Source: Ranitomeya imitator
Lineage: Eukaryota
Reading direction: 5' to 3'
Length of the DNA stretch: 64,000 nucleotides
NCBI RefSeq assembly: GCF_032444005.1
Contig: NC_091283.1
Span: 510,322,001 to 510,386,000 of the forward strand
Each line of letters starts with the position of its first letter. Position 1 is the first letter of the stretch. Positions 24,650-36,405 of this stretch are shown piece after piece. The translations under genes and the position numbers were made by a program. Under the pieces are notes generated by a model. The model ran no database searches. It worked only from the letters and a program-made list of their open reading frames with translations, and was not told the origin of the DNA.

Positions 24650-25105
24650 AAACGGAATAAAGGTTTTGAGCTCCGTTTTTTTTATTGGAATATGTTCATA
24701 TTAGTACAACAATGTTATCTTCCAAGTTTCATTAGGATCCTTTTAGAGATTCAGTCTTTATGCACCATATTCTTCCATACCTATGCCTAGTGTGTTATCA
24801 CGGTTGGAAACGGAAAAACGGTTTTGAGCTCCGTTTTTTTATTGGGATAAGTTCATATTAGTACAACAACGTTATCTTCCAAGTTTCATTAGGATCTTTT
24901 TAGGGATTCAGTCTTTATGCGCCATATTCTTCCATACCTATGCCTAGTGTGTTATCACGGTTGGAAACGGAAAAACGGTTTTGAGCTCCGTTTTTTTTAT
25001 TGGAATATGTTCATATTAGTACAACAACGTTATCTTCCAAGTTTCATTAGGATCTTTTTAGGGATTCAGTCTTTATGCGCCATAATCTGCCATACCTATG
25101 CCTAT
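24650..25105 (-). repeat. About 3 copies of the 158-bp satellite unit (left arm)
   Basis: Reverse complement of the 37.7-41.2-kb array unit. Confidence 0.9.
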
Positions 25106-25805
25106 AGTAGTTTTTTTTTCTAAAGTTGAATTTTTTGAATCTATTTTTCCTTTCCACTTCACTCTATTTAAAAATAAATTAGCGGAGGTTAAACTTTAAT
25201 TGCGTTTTCAACAAGGCAAACCCATACATTTCTATATAGTAACTTTACATTTGAAATAAACACTGAATCCCGAAGAAGATCTTGATGAAACTTTGAAAAT
25301 AAGTTTGTCATTAATATGAACTTTTTCCAGCAAGAAAAACAGAGCTTAAAAATGTAATTCTGTTTTCAACAATGTTAATTCATACATTCCTATATAATAA
25401 CTTTACATTTCAAATAAACAGTGAATCCCTAAGTAGATCTTTATCGAAAATTTTTGCCTTAGGCCGGCATCACACTAGCGGACGTATGAGCGGTGCAGAA
25501 AATACGGATTGCATACGGTACAATGATTCTCTATGCCCCAGCTCCTATCTGCCGTATTTTACTGATCCGTATTATACGGTCTTCTACGGCCGTAGAAAAT
25601 CGCAGCATGCTGCGTTTGTCACCGTATTGCGTAAAAAAAATCCGCCAATGAAAGTCTATGGGGGCCAGAAAAATACGGATTACACACGGACCAGCAGTGT
25701 GACTTGCGAGAAATACGCAGCGGTGTTAGCGAGAAAAGCCGGCAATTCAGTGCTGTGTACAGTAAAATCACACTGACAGCTTACATTAGAATAAATGTCT
25801 ACACA

Positions 25806-25848
<43 letters not shown>

Positions 25849-25860
25849 CATACACACACA

Positions 25861-26945
25861 CTAGATGGTGGCCCGATTCTAACGCATCGGGTATTCTAGA
25901 ATATGCATGTCCACGTAGTACATTGCCCAGCCACGTGGTATATTGCCCAGCCGCGTAGTATATTGCACAGCCCACGTAGTATATTGCCCAGTCACATAGT
26001 ATACTGCCCAGCCACGTAGTATACTGCCCAGCCACGTAGTATATTGCCCAGCCACGTAGTATACTGCCCAGCCGCGCAGTATACTGCCCAGCCACATAGT
26101 ATATTGCCCAGCCCACGTACTATATTGCCCAGCCACGTACTATATTGCCCAGCCACATACTATATTGCCCAGCCACGTACTATATTGCCCAGCCACGTAC
26201 TATATTGCCCAGCCACGTACTATATTGCCCAGCCACGTATTACATTGCCCAGCCCACGTAGTATATTGCCCAGCCAGGTTTGTCACATTTTAAAAAAAAA
26301 ATATATACTCACCTTTCTGAGGGCCCTTTGTAGTCAACGGCAGCTTCCTTTCCCAGGGTTGGTATGAGCGCAGGGCCTGTGATGACGTCGCAGTCACATG
26401 TCCGTGACGTCATGGCAGGTCCTTCTCCCATACCATCTTTGCCACCGGAACCTGCAGCGGAAGATGACGGCCAGCGCGAGCGACTACGGAGGGTGAGTAT
26501 AGCAGTTTTTTTTTTATTATTATTTTTAACATTACAACTTTTTACTATTGACACTGCCTATGCGGCATCAATAGTAAAACATGTAATGTTAAAGGGAACC
26601 TGTCACCTGAATTTGGCGGGACTGGTCTTGGGTCATATGGGCGGAGTTTTCGGGTGTTTGATTCACCCTTTCCTTACCCGCTGGCTGCATGCTGGCTGCA
26701 ATATTGGATTGAAGTTCATTCTCTGTCCTCCATAGTACACGCCTGCACAAGGCGAGTATATATTTATTTTTTATTTTTTAAAATGTGACAAACCTGGCTG
26801 GGCAATATACTACGTGGCTGGGCAATATACTACGCGGCTGGCCAATATAGTACGTGGGCTGGGCAATATACTACGTGGGCTGTGCAATATACTACGTGGA
26901 CATGCATATTCTAGAATACCCAAAGCGTTAGAATCGGGCCACCAT

Positions 26946-26949
<4 letters not shown>
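25861..26949. mobile_element. Non-autonomous TIR element with about 60-bp TIRs and 20-21-bp subterminal tandem repeats, flanked by mirror-image microsatellites
   Basis: (CA)n-CTAGATGGTGGCCCGATTCTAACGC...GCGTTAGAATCGGGCCACCATCTAG-(TG)n; arrays of TATATTGCCCAGCCACGTAG and its reverse complement. Confidence 0.8.

Positions 26950-27034
<85 letters not shown>
26950..27034. repeat. (GT)n(AT)n microsatellite
   Basis: About 35 GT units followed by AT units. Confidence 0.95.
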
Positions 27035-27461
27035 TCTAGGGATTCCACTCACTCAGGTGCGATGGCTGACACTCAGGAGGCACGTTCCTTTAAAGTTCAC
27101 TGGGTTTATGGCTTCATAAACCATATGGCAAAACAACAGAAAACAAATAGCCTTTGGTTCAGGCAAAGAAAAACAAGTGTCCAGTTCATCCGGCTCAGTC
27201 CTGAAGCCTTGACACACTCAGGAGGGTTTCACCTCCACACATATCTACTGTGTTAAGCATTAGCCTGTCTTATATAGGACTAACCACACCCAGTAATCTA
27301 TCACATGATCAGCCATGTGGTCTGACATCACCACAGGTCCTGAAACACATATATATACATGGTTATGTAAAACAAAGAAATATTCCAGGCTACATTACAG
27401 CGACAAGGTACCTATGTGACACATACCTCCCGTCGACCACACACCCGTTAGCCATGCTACA
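27035..27461 (-). repeat. 3' LTR of the Gmr1-like element
   Basis: Matches 35979-36405 with 4 differences seen by eye; preceded on minus by PPT GGCAGAGGGGGGAGGTA. Confidence 0.95.
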
Positions 27462-30400
27462 TACCTCCCCCCTCTGCCTAAAGCCGTGGGGCTTGGCACT
27501 TTCCCCAACCAAACAAGGGATTCTTGATAGGGCATCCGCATTACCGTGCAGCTTTCTGGCCTTATGTTCCACATGGAAACTAAAGTCCTGCAGGGCTAAG
27601 AACCAACGGGTTACCCTAGCATTCTTACCCTTTGTTTCCCTCATCCATCTAAGTGGGGCATGGTCAGATATTAGTCTGAATTTACGACCCAGCAGATAGT
27701 ACCGTAACGTGTCCACCGCCCACTTTATGGCCAAACACTCTTTTTCCACGACTGAGTAGTTCTTCTCAGATGAGGACAGCTTTCTACTCAGATAGAGAAC
27801 GGGATGCTCCTCCCCATGTAGCTCTTGGGAAAGGACTGCTCCTACCCCAGCATCTGAGGCATCTGTCTGAAGAATAAATTCTTTCTTGAAGTCTGGGGCT
27901 ATCAGAACGGGCTGCTTACATCGAGCCCCTTTCAACTCTTGGAAGGCTGACTGTCTCTTCGGACCATTTAACCATCACTGACTTTGTCCCCTTCAGCAGA
28001 TCAGTCAGAGGCGCAGCCACTGTGGCGAAGTTCGGGATGAACCTCCTGTAATATCCCACGATTCCCAGAAAGGCTTTAACTTGCTTTTTTGAAACTGGTT
28101 TCGGCCACGTTTGGATTGCCTCCACTTTCCTGATTTGGGGCTTTATTTCTCCACGACCCACTATATAGCCTAGGTATTTAGCTTCTTCCTTACCCAAGGC
28201 ACACTTCTTCGGGTTCACTGTAAACCCCGCCTCTCTTAGAGCATCAAACACCGCTTGGACTTTCTCCAGATGACTCTCCCAGTCCGGGCTAAAGATGACC
28301 ATATCATCTAGGTACGCAGCAGCGTAGGCCTTATGGGGTGCAAGGACTCTATCCATAGCCCTCTGGAAGGTCGCCGGAGCTCCCTGTAGGCCAAACGGCA
28401 TCCGGACATACTGGAAGCATCCATCAGGTGTCGAAAAGGCCGTCTTCTCCTTGGCTTCCTGTGCCATGGGGATCTGCCAATACCCCTTTGTCAAATCCAA
28501 GGTGGATATATATCTAGCGTGCCCAAGCCTTTCGATGAGCTCATCAACGCGGGGCATGGGATAAGCGTCAAACTTGGAGACCTCATTCAACTTCCGATAG
28601 TCATTGCAAAACCTCCACTCTCCATCAGGTTTTGAGACCAGGACAATTGGGCTCGACCAACCGCTCTTGGATTCCTCAATGACTCCAAGCTTCAACATAC
28701 GCTCCACTTCCTTGGAGATAACTTCTTGACGAGCCTCAGGAATACGATAGGGCTTCACGTTCACCCGCACATGTGGCTCTGTTAGAACCTCGTGCTCTAT
28801 GACCTTCGTGTGTCCTGGCAACTCTGAAAACAGGTCCCTGTTTTTCTGGAGTAACTCCCGGCACTGCTGTTTCTGGTTCTTCGATAGCGTCTCTGCTATA
28901 GTAACAGCTCCAACCTCACCTTCTGGGTTGCTTAACAACGATAGAGTTACTGTCGGCTCTCTATCTTGCCACGGCTTGATGAGGTTGACATGGTAAACTT
29001 GGAATGGTTTCCGTCTTCCTGGTTGGTGAATTTTATAATTTACCTCACCAAGTTTCTCGACAACCTCATATGGCCCTTGCCATTTGGCCAAGAACTTGCT
29101 TTCCACCGTCGGAACTAACACAAGAACTCGGTCTCCCGGATTGAACTGCCTCACTCTTGCAGACCGGTTGTAGACCCTGGCCTGAGCTTCTTGTGCTTGG
29201 AGAAGGTGATCTTTCACGATAGGCATCACCTTTGCAATCCTCTGCTGCATCAGGGCCACATGCTCAATGACGCTTCTCTGGGGCGTGACTTCGCCTTCCC
29301 AGGTTTCCTTGGCTATATCCAGGAGTCCTCGTGGATGTCGGCCATATAGAAGCTCAAACGGTGAGAACCCTGTGGAGGCCTGTGGAACTTCACGAATGGA
29401 AAACATCAGATAGGGTAAGAGACAATCCCAGTCTCTACCGTCTTTCTCTATAGCTTTTCTCAGCATGCTCTTCAGTGTCTTGTTAAATCTCTCAACAAGG
29501 CCATCTGACTGGGGATGGTGCACCGAGGTCCTCAACTGGGAGATTTTCAGGGCTTTGCATAACTCCCTCATCACCTTGCTCATGAAAGGTGTACCCTGGT
29601 CAGTCAGGATCTCCTTCGGCAGACCTGTCCGGGAAAAGACATGGACCAACTCGCAGGCTATGCTCTTTGAGGATGAATTTCTCAAGGGAATTGCCTCAGG
29701 ATAGCGTGTGGCATAGTCCAGGATGACTAATATATACTGATGGCCCCGAGCTGATTTAACTAAGGGACCGACCAAGTCCATGGCAATTCTCTCGAACGGT
29801 ACCTCAATAATGGGCAGTGGCACAAGGGGGTTCCCGAAATGAGGAGTGGGAGCAGTTAGCTGACATGTAGGGCAGGACCTGCAATAGTTCACTATTTCCC
29901 GGTGACACCCAGGACAATAGAACCTCTGCACAACCCGTTCCTGCGTTTTTTCCGCCCCTAGGTGTCCACCCAAGATGTGTGAATGGGCCATGTCCAACAC
30001 CTTCCGTCTATACGGACCCGGCACTACCAACTGCTCTACCAACTCCTCCCTTATTTTCGTGACCCGGTACAACAACTCCCCACTCATCAGAAAATGGGGA
30101 AATCTTGTGTCTGCCCCCGGCTCCTGTACCACCCCGTCAATAACTGTGACATTATTAAAGGCTTCCCTTAGAGTGGGGTCCCTATGTTGGGCAGTCCCAA
30201 AATTTTCACCGGATACCTCTAACTCCAGAATGTCAGATGCAGGGGACACTTCCTCGTCATCTCCAACCAGGACACAAAAAGGAAACCTGTCTGACTCTGG
30301 GTGTGGCGACACCCTTCCAGGGTTCATTGGTTCCCTACTCTTGCTAGGGAGCTCAGAACCTTTCCCCCACAAATCCCAAAACAAACAGAAATCCCGGCCA

Positions 30401-30509
30401 ATAATTATAGGGTGCAACAAGTCCTGAACGACGCCGACTATGTGGGACTCAGTGCCACATGCCGTTTCAATGTCCACCCTGGCCATAGGGTAGTCCTTTG
30501 CATCACCAT
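27390..30509 (-). pseudogene. Gmr1-like pol: protease C-terminus, integrase, RT, RNase H; frameshift near 27955
   Basis: HSHILGGH...CRSCPTC zinc finger, FERIAMDLVGPL core, then HEVLT...PYRIP, AAYLDDMVIFS, FILQTDASDAGVGAVLSQ; a 2-bp deletion splits ETESAFQELKG. Confidence 0.93.
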
Positions 30510-30617
30510 AACATACATAGTAACATAGTTAGTAAGGCCGAAAAAAGACATTTGTCCATCCAGTTCAGCCTATATTCCATCATAATAAATCCCCAGATCT
30601 ACGTCCTTCTACAGAAC

Positions 30618-33524
30618 CTAATAATTGTATGATACAATATTGATCTGCTCCAGGAAGACATCCAGGCCTCTCTTGAACCCCTCGACTGAGTTCGCCATCA
30701 CCACCTCCTCAGGCAAGCAATTCCAGATTCTCACTGCCCTAACAGTAAAGAATCCTCTTCTATGTTGGTGGAAAAACCTTCTCTCCTCCAGACGCAAAGA
30801 ATGCCCCCTTGTGCCCGTCACCTTCCTTGGTATAAACAGATCCTCAGCGAGATATTTGTATTGTCCCCTTATATACTTATACATGGTTATTAGATCGCCC
30901 CTCAGTCGTCTTTTTTCTAGACTAAATAATCCTAATTTCGCTAATCTATCTGGGTATTGTAGTTCTCCCATCCCCTTTATTAATTTTGTTGCCCTCCTTT
31001 GTACTCTCTCTAGTTCCATTATATCCTTCCTGAGCACCGGTGCCCAAAACTGGACACAGTACTCCATGTGCGGTCTAACTAGGGATTTGTACAGAGGCAG
31101 TATAATGCTCTCATCATGTGTATCCAGACCTCTTTTAATGCACCCCATGATCCTGTTTGCCTTGGCAGCTGCTGCCTGGCACTGGCTGCTCCAGGTAAGT
31201 TTATCATTAACTAGGATCCCCAAGTCCTTCTCCCTGTCAGATTTACCCAGTGGTTTCCCGTTCAGTGTGTAATGGTGATATTGATTCCCTCTTCCCATGT
31301 GTATAACCTTACATTTATCATTGTTAAACCTCATCTGCCACCTTTCAGCCCAAGTTTCCAACTTATCCAGATCCATCTGTAGCAGAATACTATCTTCTCT
31401 TGTATTAACTGCTTTACATAGTTTTGTATCATCTGCAAATATCGATATTTTACTGTGTAAGCCTTCTACCAGATCATTAATAAATATGTTGAAGAGAACA
31501 GGTCCCAATACTGACCCCTGCGGTACCCCACTGGTCACAGCGACCCAGTTAGAGACTATACCATTTATAACCACCCTCTGCTTTCTATCACTAAGCCAGT
31601 TACTAACCCATTTACACACATTTTCCCCCAGACCAAGCATTCTCATTTTGTGTACCAACCTCTTGTGCGGCACGGTATCAAACGCTTTGGAAAAATCGAG
31701 ATATACCACGTCCAATGACTCACCGTGGTCCAGTCTATAGCTTACCTCTTCATAAAAACTGATTAGATTGGTTTGACAGGAGCGATTTCTCATAAACCCA
31801 TGCTGATATGGAGTTAAACAGTTATTCTCATTGAGATAATCCAGAATAACATCCCTCAGAAACCCTTCAAATATTTTACCAACAATAGAGGTTAGACTTA
31901 CTGGCCTATAATTTCCAGGTTCACTTTTAGAGCCCTTTTTGAATATTGGCACCACATTTGCTATGCGCCAGTCCTGCGGAACAGACCCTGTCGCTATAGA
32001 GTCACTAAAAATAAGAAATAATGGTTTATCTATTACATTACTTAGTTCTCTTAGTACTCGTGGGTGTATGCCATCCGGACCTGGAGATTTATCTATTTTA
32101 ATCTTATTTAGCCGGTTTCGCACCTCTTCTTGGGTTAGATTGGTGACCCTTAATATAGGGTTTTCATTGTTTCTTGGGATTTCACCTAGCATTTCATTTT
32201 CCACCGTGAATACCGTGGAGAAGAAGGTGTTTAATATGTTAGCTTTTTCCTCGTCATCTACAACCATTCTTTCCTCACTATTTTTTAAGGGGCCTACATT
32301 TTCAGTTTTTATTCTTTTACTATTGATATAGTTGAAGAACAGTTTGGGATTAGTTTTACTCTCCTTAGCAATGTGCTTCTCTGTTTCCCTTTTGGCAGCT
32401 TTAATTAGTTTTTTAGATAAAGTATTTTTCTCCCTATAGTTTTTTAGAGCTTCAGTGGTGCCATCCTGCTTTAGTAGTGCAAATGCTTTCTTTTTACTGT
32501 TAATTGCCTGCCTTACTTCTTTGTTTAGCGACATTGGGTTTTTCCTATTTCTAGTCCTTTTATTCCCACAAGGTATAAACCGCTTACACTGCCTATTTAG
32601 GATGTTCTTAAACATTTCCCATTTATTATCTGTATTCTCATTTCTGAGGATATTGTCCCAGTCTACCAGATTAAGGGCATCTCTAAGCTGTTCAAGCTTT
32701 GCCTTCCTAAAGTTCAATGTTTTTGTGACTCCCTGACAAGTCCCCCTAGTGAAAGACAGGTGAAACTGCACAATATTGTGGTCGCTATTTCCTAAATGCC
32801 CAACCACCTGCAGATTTGTTATTCTGTCAGGTCTATTAGATAGTATTAGGTCTAAAAGTGCTGCTCCTCTGGTTGGATTCTGCACCAATTGTGAAAGATA
32901 ATTTTTCTTGGTTATTAGCAGAAACCTGTTGCCTTTATGGGTTTCACAGGTTTCTGTTTCCCAGTTAATATCCGGGTAGTTAAAGTCCCCCATAACCAGG
33001 ACCTCATTATGGGTTGCAGCTTCATCTATCTGCTTTAGAAGTAGACTTTCCATGCTTTCTGTTATATTTGGGGGTTTGTAACAGACCTCAATGAGAATTT
33101 TGTTACCATTTTTCCCTCCATGAATTTCAACCCATATGGACTCGACATCCTCATTCCCTTCGCTAATATCCTCCCTTAAAGTGGACTTTAGACAAGACTT
33201 TACATAGAGACAAACCCCTCCTCCTCTCCGATTTTTACGATCCTTTCTAAACAGACTGTAACCCTGTAAGTTAACTGCCCAGTCATAGCTTTCATCTAAC
33301 CATGTCTCGGTTATTCCCACTATGTCAAAGTTACCTGTAGATATTTCTGCTTCTAGTTCTTCCATCTTGTTTGTCAGGCTTCTGGCGTTTGCGAGCATGC
33401 AGTTTAGAGGATTTTGTTTTGTTCCAATCTCCTCACTGTGGATTGTTTTAGAAATGTTCTTACCTCCCTTCTGAGTATGTTTTCCTGGGTCGTCTTTGTT
33501 CGAGTCTAATGTTTTTCTTCCCAT
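30618..33524 (-). CDS. CR1 ORF2: APE endonuclease plus reverse transcriptase (about 968 aa from ATG 33524)
   Basis: Uninterrupted ORF; NARSL, GITETW, MGDFNYPDINW, SDHNIV, YLDFSKAFDTVPH, GVPQGSVLGP, FADDTKL. Confidence 0.95.
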   Translation of the reverse strand: MGRKTLDSNKDDPGKHTQKGGKNISKTIHSEEIGTKQNPLNCMLANARSLTNKMEELEAEISTGNFDIVGITETWLDESYDWAVNLQGYSLFRKDRKNRRGGGVCLYVKSCLKSTLREDISEGNEDVESIWVEIHGGKNGNKILIEVCYKPPNITESMESLLLKQIDEAATHNEVLVMGDFNYPDINWETETCETHKGNRFLLITKKNYLSQLVQNPTRGAALLDLILSNRPDRITNLQVVGHLGNSDHNIVQFHLSFTRGTCQGVTKTLNFRKAKLEQLRDALNLVDWDNILRNENTDNKWEMFKNILNRQCKRFIPCGNKRTRNRKNPMSLNKEVRQAINSKKKAFALLKQDGTTEALKNYREKNTLSKKLIKAAKRETEKHIAKESKTNPKLFFNYINSKRIKTENVGPLKNSEERMVVDDEEKANILNTFFSTVFTVENEMLGEIPRNNENPILRVTNLTQEEVRNRLNKIKIDKSPGPDGIHPRVLRELSNVIDKPLFLIFSDSIATGSVPQDWRIANVVPIFKKGSKSEPGNYRPVSLTSIVGKIFEGFLRDVILDYLNENNCLTPYQHGFMRNRSCQTNLISFYEEVSYRLDHGESLDVVYLDFSKAFDTVPHKRLVHKMRMLGLGENVCKWVSNWLSDRKQRVVINGIVSNWVAVTSGVPQGSVLGPVLFNIFINDLVEGLHSKISIFADDTKLCKAVNTREDSILLQMDLDKLETWAERWQMRFNNDKCKVIHMGRGNQYHHYTLNGKPLGKSDREKDLGILVNDKLTWSSQCQAAAAKANRIMGCIKRGLDTHDESIILPLYKSLVRPHMEYCVQFWAPVLRKDIMELERVQRRATKLIKGMGELQYPDRLAKLGLFSLEKRRLRGDLITMYKYIRGQYKYLAEDLFIPRKVTGTRGHSLRLEERRFFHQHRRGFFTVRAVRIWNCLPEEVVMANSVEGFKRGLDVFLEQINIVSYNY

Positions 33525-33535
33525 CCCCTCTTCTT

Positions 33536-34489
33536 CTAGTTTAACGCCCTCCTGATGAGTGTAGCGAGTCTTCTGGCGAATGTGTGTTTCCCAGGTTTGT
33601 TGAGGTGTAGTCCGTCTCTGGCGAGGAGTCCATCGTACAAGTAATTCACACCGTGGTCCAGGAATCCGAATCCTTGTTGTCTGCACCATCGTCTTAGCCA
33701 GTTGTTTGCATCAAGGATCCTGTTCCATCTCCTGGTGCCATGCCCATCTACTGGAAGGATAGAAGAAAAAACTACCTGTGCATCCAGTTCCTTTACTTTC
33801 TTCCCCAACTCTTCAAAGTCCTTGCAGATTGTCGGTAGGTCCTTCCTTGCCGTGTCATTGGTGCCAACATGTATCAGAAGAAATGGGTGGACGTCCTTGG
33901 AGCTGAAGAGCTTTGGTATCCTATCGGTCACATCCTTGATCATCGCACCTGGAAGGCAGCATACTTCTCTTGCAGTTATGTCCGGTCTGCAGATGGCTGC
34001 TTCTGTGCCTCTCAGTAGTGAGTCTCCCACCACCACCACTCTTCGTTGCTTCTTGGCTGTACTTTTTGCTGTCACTTGTTGCTGTGTGCCCTTTTCTTTT
34101 TTGCTTGCTGGTATTGCTTCATTCTTAGGTGTGCCATCTTCATCCTCTACAAAGATTTGATATCGGTTCTTCAGTTGTGTGGTTGGTGATTTCTCCATGG
34201 TCTTCTTGCTTCTTTTGGTCACATGCTTCCACTCATCTGCTTTTGGAGGTTCTCTGACACTTTTTGCACCTTCTGTGACCAGTAGAGATGCTTCTGTTCT
34301 GTCTAGAAAGTCTTCATTCTCTTTGATGAGTTTCAAAGTTGCTATTCTTTCTTCCAGACCCCGCACCTTTTCTTCTAAAAGGGCCACTAGTCTACACTTC
34401 TGACAGGTGAAATTGGATTCTTCTTCTGGTCGATCTGTGAACATGTAGCACATGCTGCAGCTCACCATGTAGGTTGTCACATCTGCCAT
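33536..34489 (-). CDS. CR1 ORF1 (317 aa): zinc-finger-like/coiled-coil N-terminus plus SGNH esterase domain
   Basis: CSMC...CQKC, leucine heptads, VVVGDSLLRG, IHVGTND, DGLHLN. Confidence 0.92.
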   Translation of the reverse strand: MADVTTYMVSCSMCYMFTDRPEEESNFTCQKCRLVALLEEKVRGLEERIATLKLIKENEDFLDRTEASLLVTEGAKSVREPPKADEWKHVTKRSKKTMEKSPTTQLKNRYQIFVEDEDGTPKNEAIPASKKEKGTQQQVTAKSTAKKQRRVVVVGDSLLRGTEAAICRPDITAREVCCLPGAMIKDVTDRIPKLFSSKDVHPFLLIHVGTNDTARKDLPTICKDFEELGKKVKELDAQVVFSSILPVDGHGTRRWNRILDANNWLRRWCRQQGFGFLDHGVNYLYDGLLARDGLHLNKPGKHTFARRLATLIRRALN

Positions 34490-34723
34490 GTTGCTCCTAG
34501 ATCCTGCTGACTTGCTGTGTGTTTTCCTTCTTGTGTAATCTACTCAGCCAAGCTCTCTTGCAATAATGTCCTACAGGCAAAAATTTTACGGCGCGCGGTT
34601 TGGTGATGCTTTCGAAGCAGCTGGTCCCGGCTGTACCCAACGATCTTCTAGCTTAGGGAGACTTCGCTTCTCCCAGAAGGCACCTGGAATATGCAAATTA
34701 GCCTCCTGAAGCTTGAATCCCTG

Positions 34724-35875
34724 GTATGCACCGCACTCCGACCTTCTTTCCTGGGAGCAGGTGGAGAGGAAAAGTGGCCCTCACCAGGGTCACTAGGCTC
34801 CCCGAGTCTAACAGTGCCGTTACTGCTCGACCGTTCACCTTTACGGGAAACGCTAGAGGTCCCTCGTTGGATGGAGAGTTCACACTACAGGCTGGATACG
34901 CATAGTATGAACAACGGCGTCCCATGCTGCAATCCATCTGCTCAGTGGTCTGGGAACAACGGGCAGCTATATGTCCTGGCCCGTGGCACCTCCAACAAAT
35001 AATATCACCCGTAGGGACCTTGGGCACCACCTCCCCCGCCCTTTGTGACCTTGGATGCACCACCCCTTTTTGGGACTCAGCTCCCTTCTGGGACCCCCAG
35101 TACGGCATGGGCTGCCTCCCGAAGGAGCCTTCCAACCCTTGGTATCTCTCAACCAGTCCGATCAGCTCGTCGGCATTCTGGGGATCACCCTGGGCAACCC
35201 AAGACTGTATAGGCCTCGGGAGGGAATGTACAAACCGATCCATCATCACCCGTTCTACCATCTGTGCAGGAGTAGATGACTCTGGCTGCAGCCATTTCTG
35301 GACCAGGTGCAACAGATCAAACATTTGGGAACGAGGTGGTTTGTCCCGGTGATAGGCCCAGCAGTGAACTCGCTGTGCCCTGACAGTCAGTGTCACCCCA
35401 AACGTGCGAGAATCTCGGCTTTCAATTTGTGATACTCTTTGGCATCCTGCAAGGTCAAGTCATAGTACGCCTTCTGGGGTTCTCCCGTCAGGTATGGCGC
35501 CAATACCTCTGCCCACTGCTCTGGCGGAAGTTTTTCCCTCTCAGCGACCCTCTCAAACACCGTCAGGAATGCCTCAACATCATCCCCGGGGGTCATTTTC
35601 TGCAATGTGCATCTTACCGTCTTCCGGACGTGGGTGTCATCAGCCAGACCTGGGGTTGGGGAGCTCATCTTGCCCTGGATGGCGGTTGCCAGAAGCTGCA
35701 TCTGCTGCCGTTGCTCCTGCTGGCTTTGTTGCATCTGCTGCCGTTGCTCCTGCTGGCTCTGTTGTATCTGCTGCATCAACAGCCTGTTGGTCTCTTGCTG
35801 CCTTTGCTCCTGCTGGCTCTGCCGTTGCTCCTGCTGTGACTGTAACTGAACCAAGTGTTTCAGCAGGTCCTCCAT
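34724..35875 (-). pseudogene. Gmr1-like gag (SCAN-like domain, CCHC knuckle) and protease N-half; frameshift near 35398
   Basis: MEDLLKHL, Q-rich repeats, QKMTPGDDVEAFLTVFER, WLQPESSTPAQMVERVMMDRF, CWRCHGPGHIAARC, ALLDSGSLVTLV. Confidence 0.9.
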
Positions 35876-35954
35876 TTTCCCCGGCGATGCTTGCTGGCTT
35901 GCAACAGACTTGACCCAGGACATTAAACAATAGACTTACGTCTCTGCTGGGAAC

Positions 35955-35977
35955 GCTGCCCGCACGTCTACCACCAA
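35955..35977 (-). promoter_or_regulatory. Primer-binding site, tRNA-Ala-like (imperfect)
   Basis: Minus strand TGGTGGTAGACGTGCGGGCAGCG just inside the 5' LTR; resembles TGGTGGAGAATGCGGGCATCG (tRNA-Ala 3' complement, from memory). Confidence 0.55.
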
Positions 35978-35978
35978 T

Positions 35979-36405
35979 TGTAGGGATTCCACTCACTCAG
36001 GTGCGATGGCTGACACTCAGGAGGCACGTTCCTTTAAAGTTCACTGGGTTTATTGCTTCATAAACCATATGGCAAAACAACAGAAAACAAATAGCATTTG
36101 GTTCAGGCAAAGAAAAACAAGTGTCCAGTTCATCCGGCTCAGTCCTGAAGCCTTGACACACTCAGGAGGGTTTCACCTCCACACATATCTACTGTGTTAA
36201 GCATTAGCCTGTCTTATATAGGACTAACCACACCCAGTAATCTATCACATGATCAGCCATGTGGTCTGACATCACCACAGGTCCTGAAACACATATATAT
36301 ACATGGTTATGTAAAACAAAGAAATATTCCAGGCTACATTACAGCGACAAGGTACCTATGTGACACATACCTCCCGTTGACCACACACCCGTTAGCCATG
36401 CTACA
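35979..36405 (-). repeat. 5' LTR of the Gmr1-like element
   Basis: TG...CA ends; 427 bp; ATAT TSD follows. Confidence 0.95.

Larger units (their letters stand above)
30510..34723 (-). mobile_element. Full-length CR1 LINE inserted into the Gypsy protease
   Basis: 5' UTR, ORF1, ORF2, 3' tail of TATGTTAC-like repeats; removing it restores GVRCI|HGDAKDYPM with no TSD. Confidence 0.95.
27035..36405 (-). mobile_element. Gmr1-like Ty3/Gypsy LTR retrotransposon (gag-SCAN, PR-INT-RT-RH), disrupted
   Basis: Two 427-bp LTRs, ATAT TSD, PBS-like and PPT sequences; integrase precedes RT in pol. Confidence 0.95.

Noticed and set aside
25704-27119. Multiple ORFs with YIYI/CVCV/THTH runs
   Set aside because: Translations of microsatellites and 20-bp tandem repeats.
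30625-32736. Plus-strand ORFs of 93-215 aa over the CR1
   Set aside because: Antisense shadows of ORF2 with no recognisable motifs.
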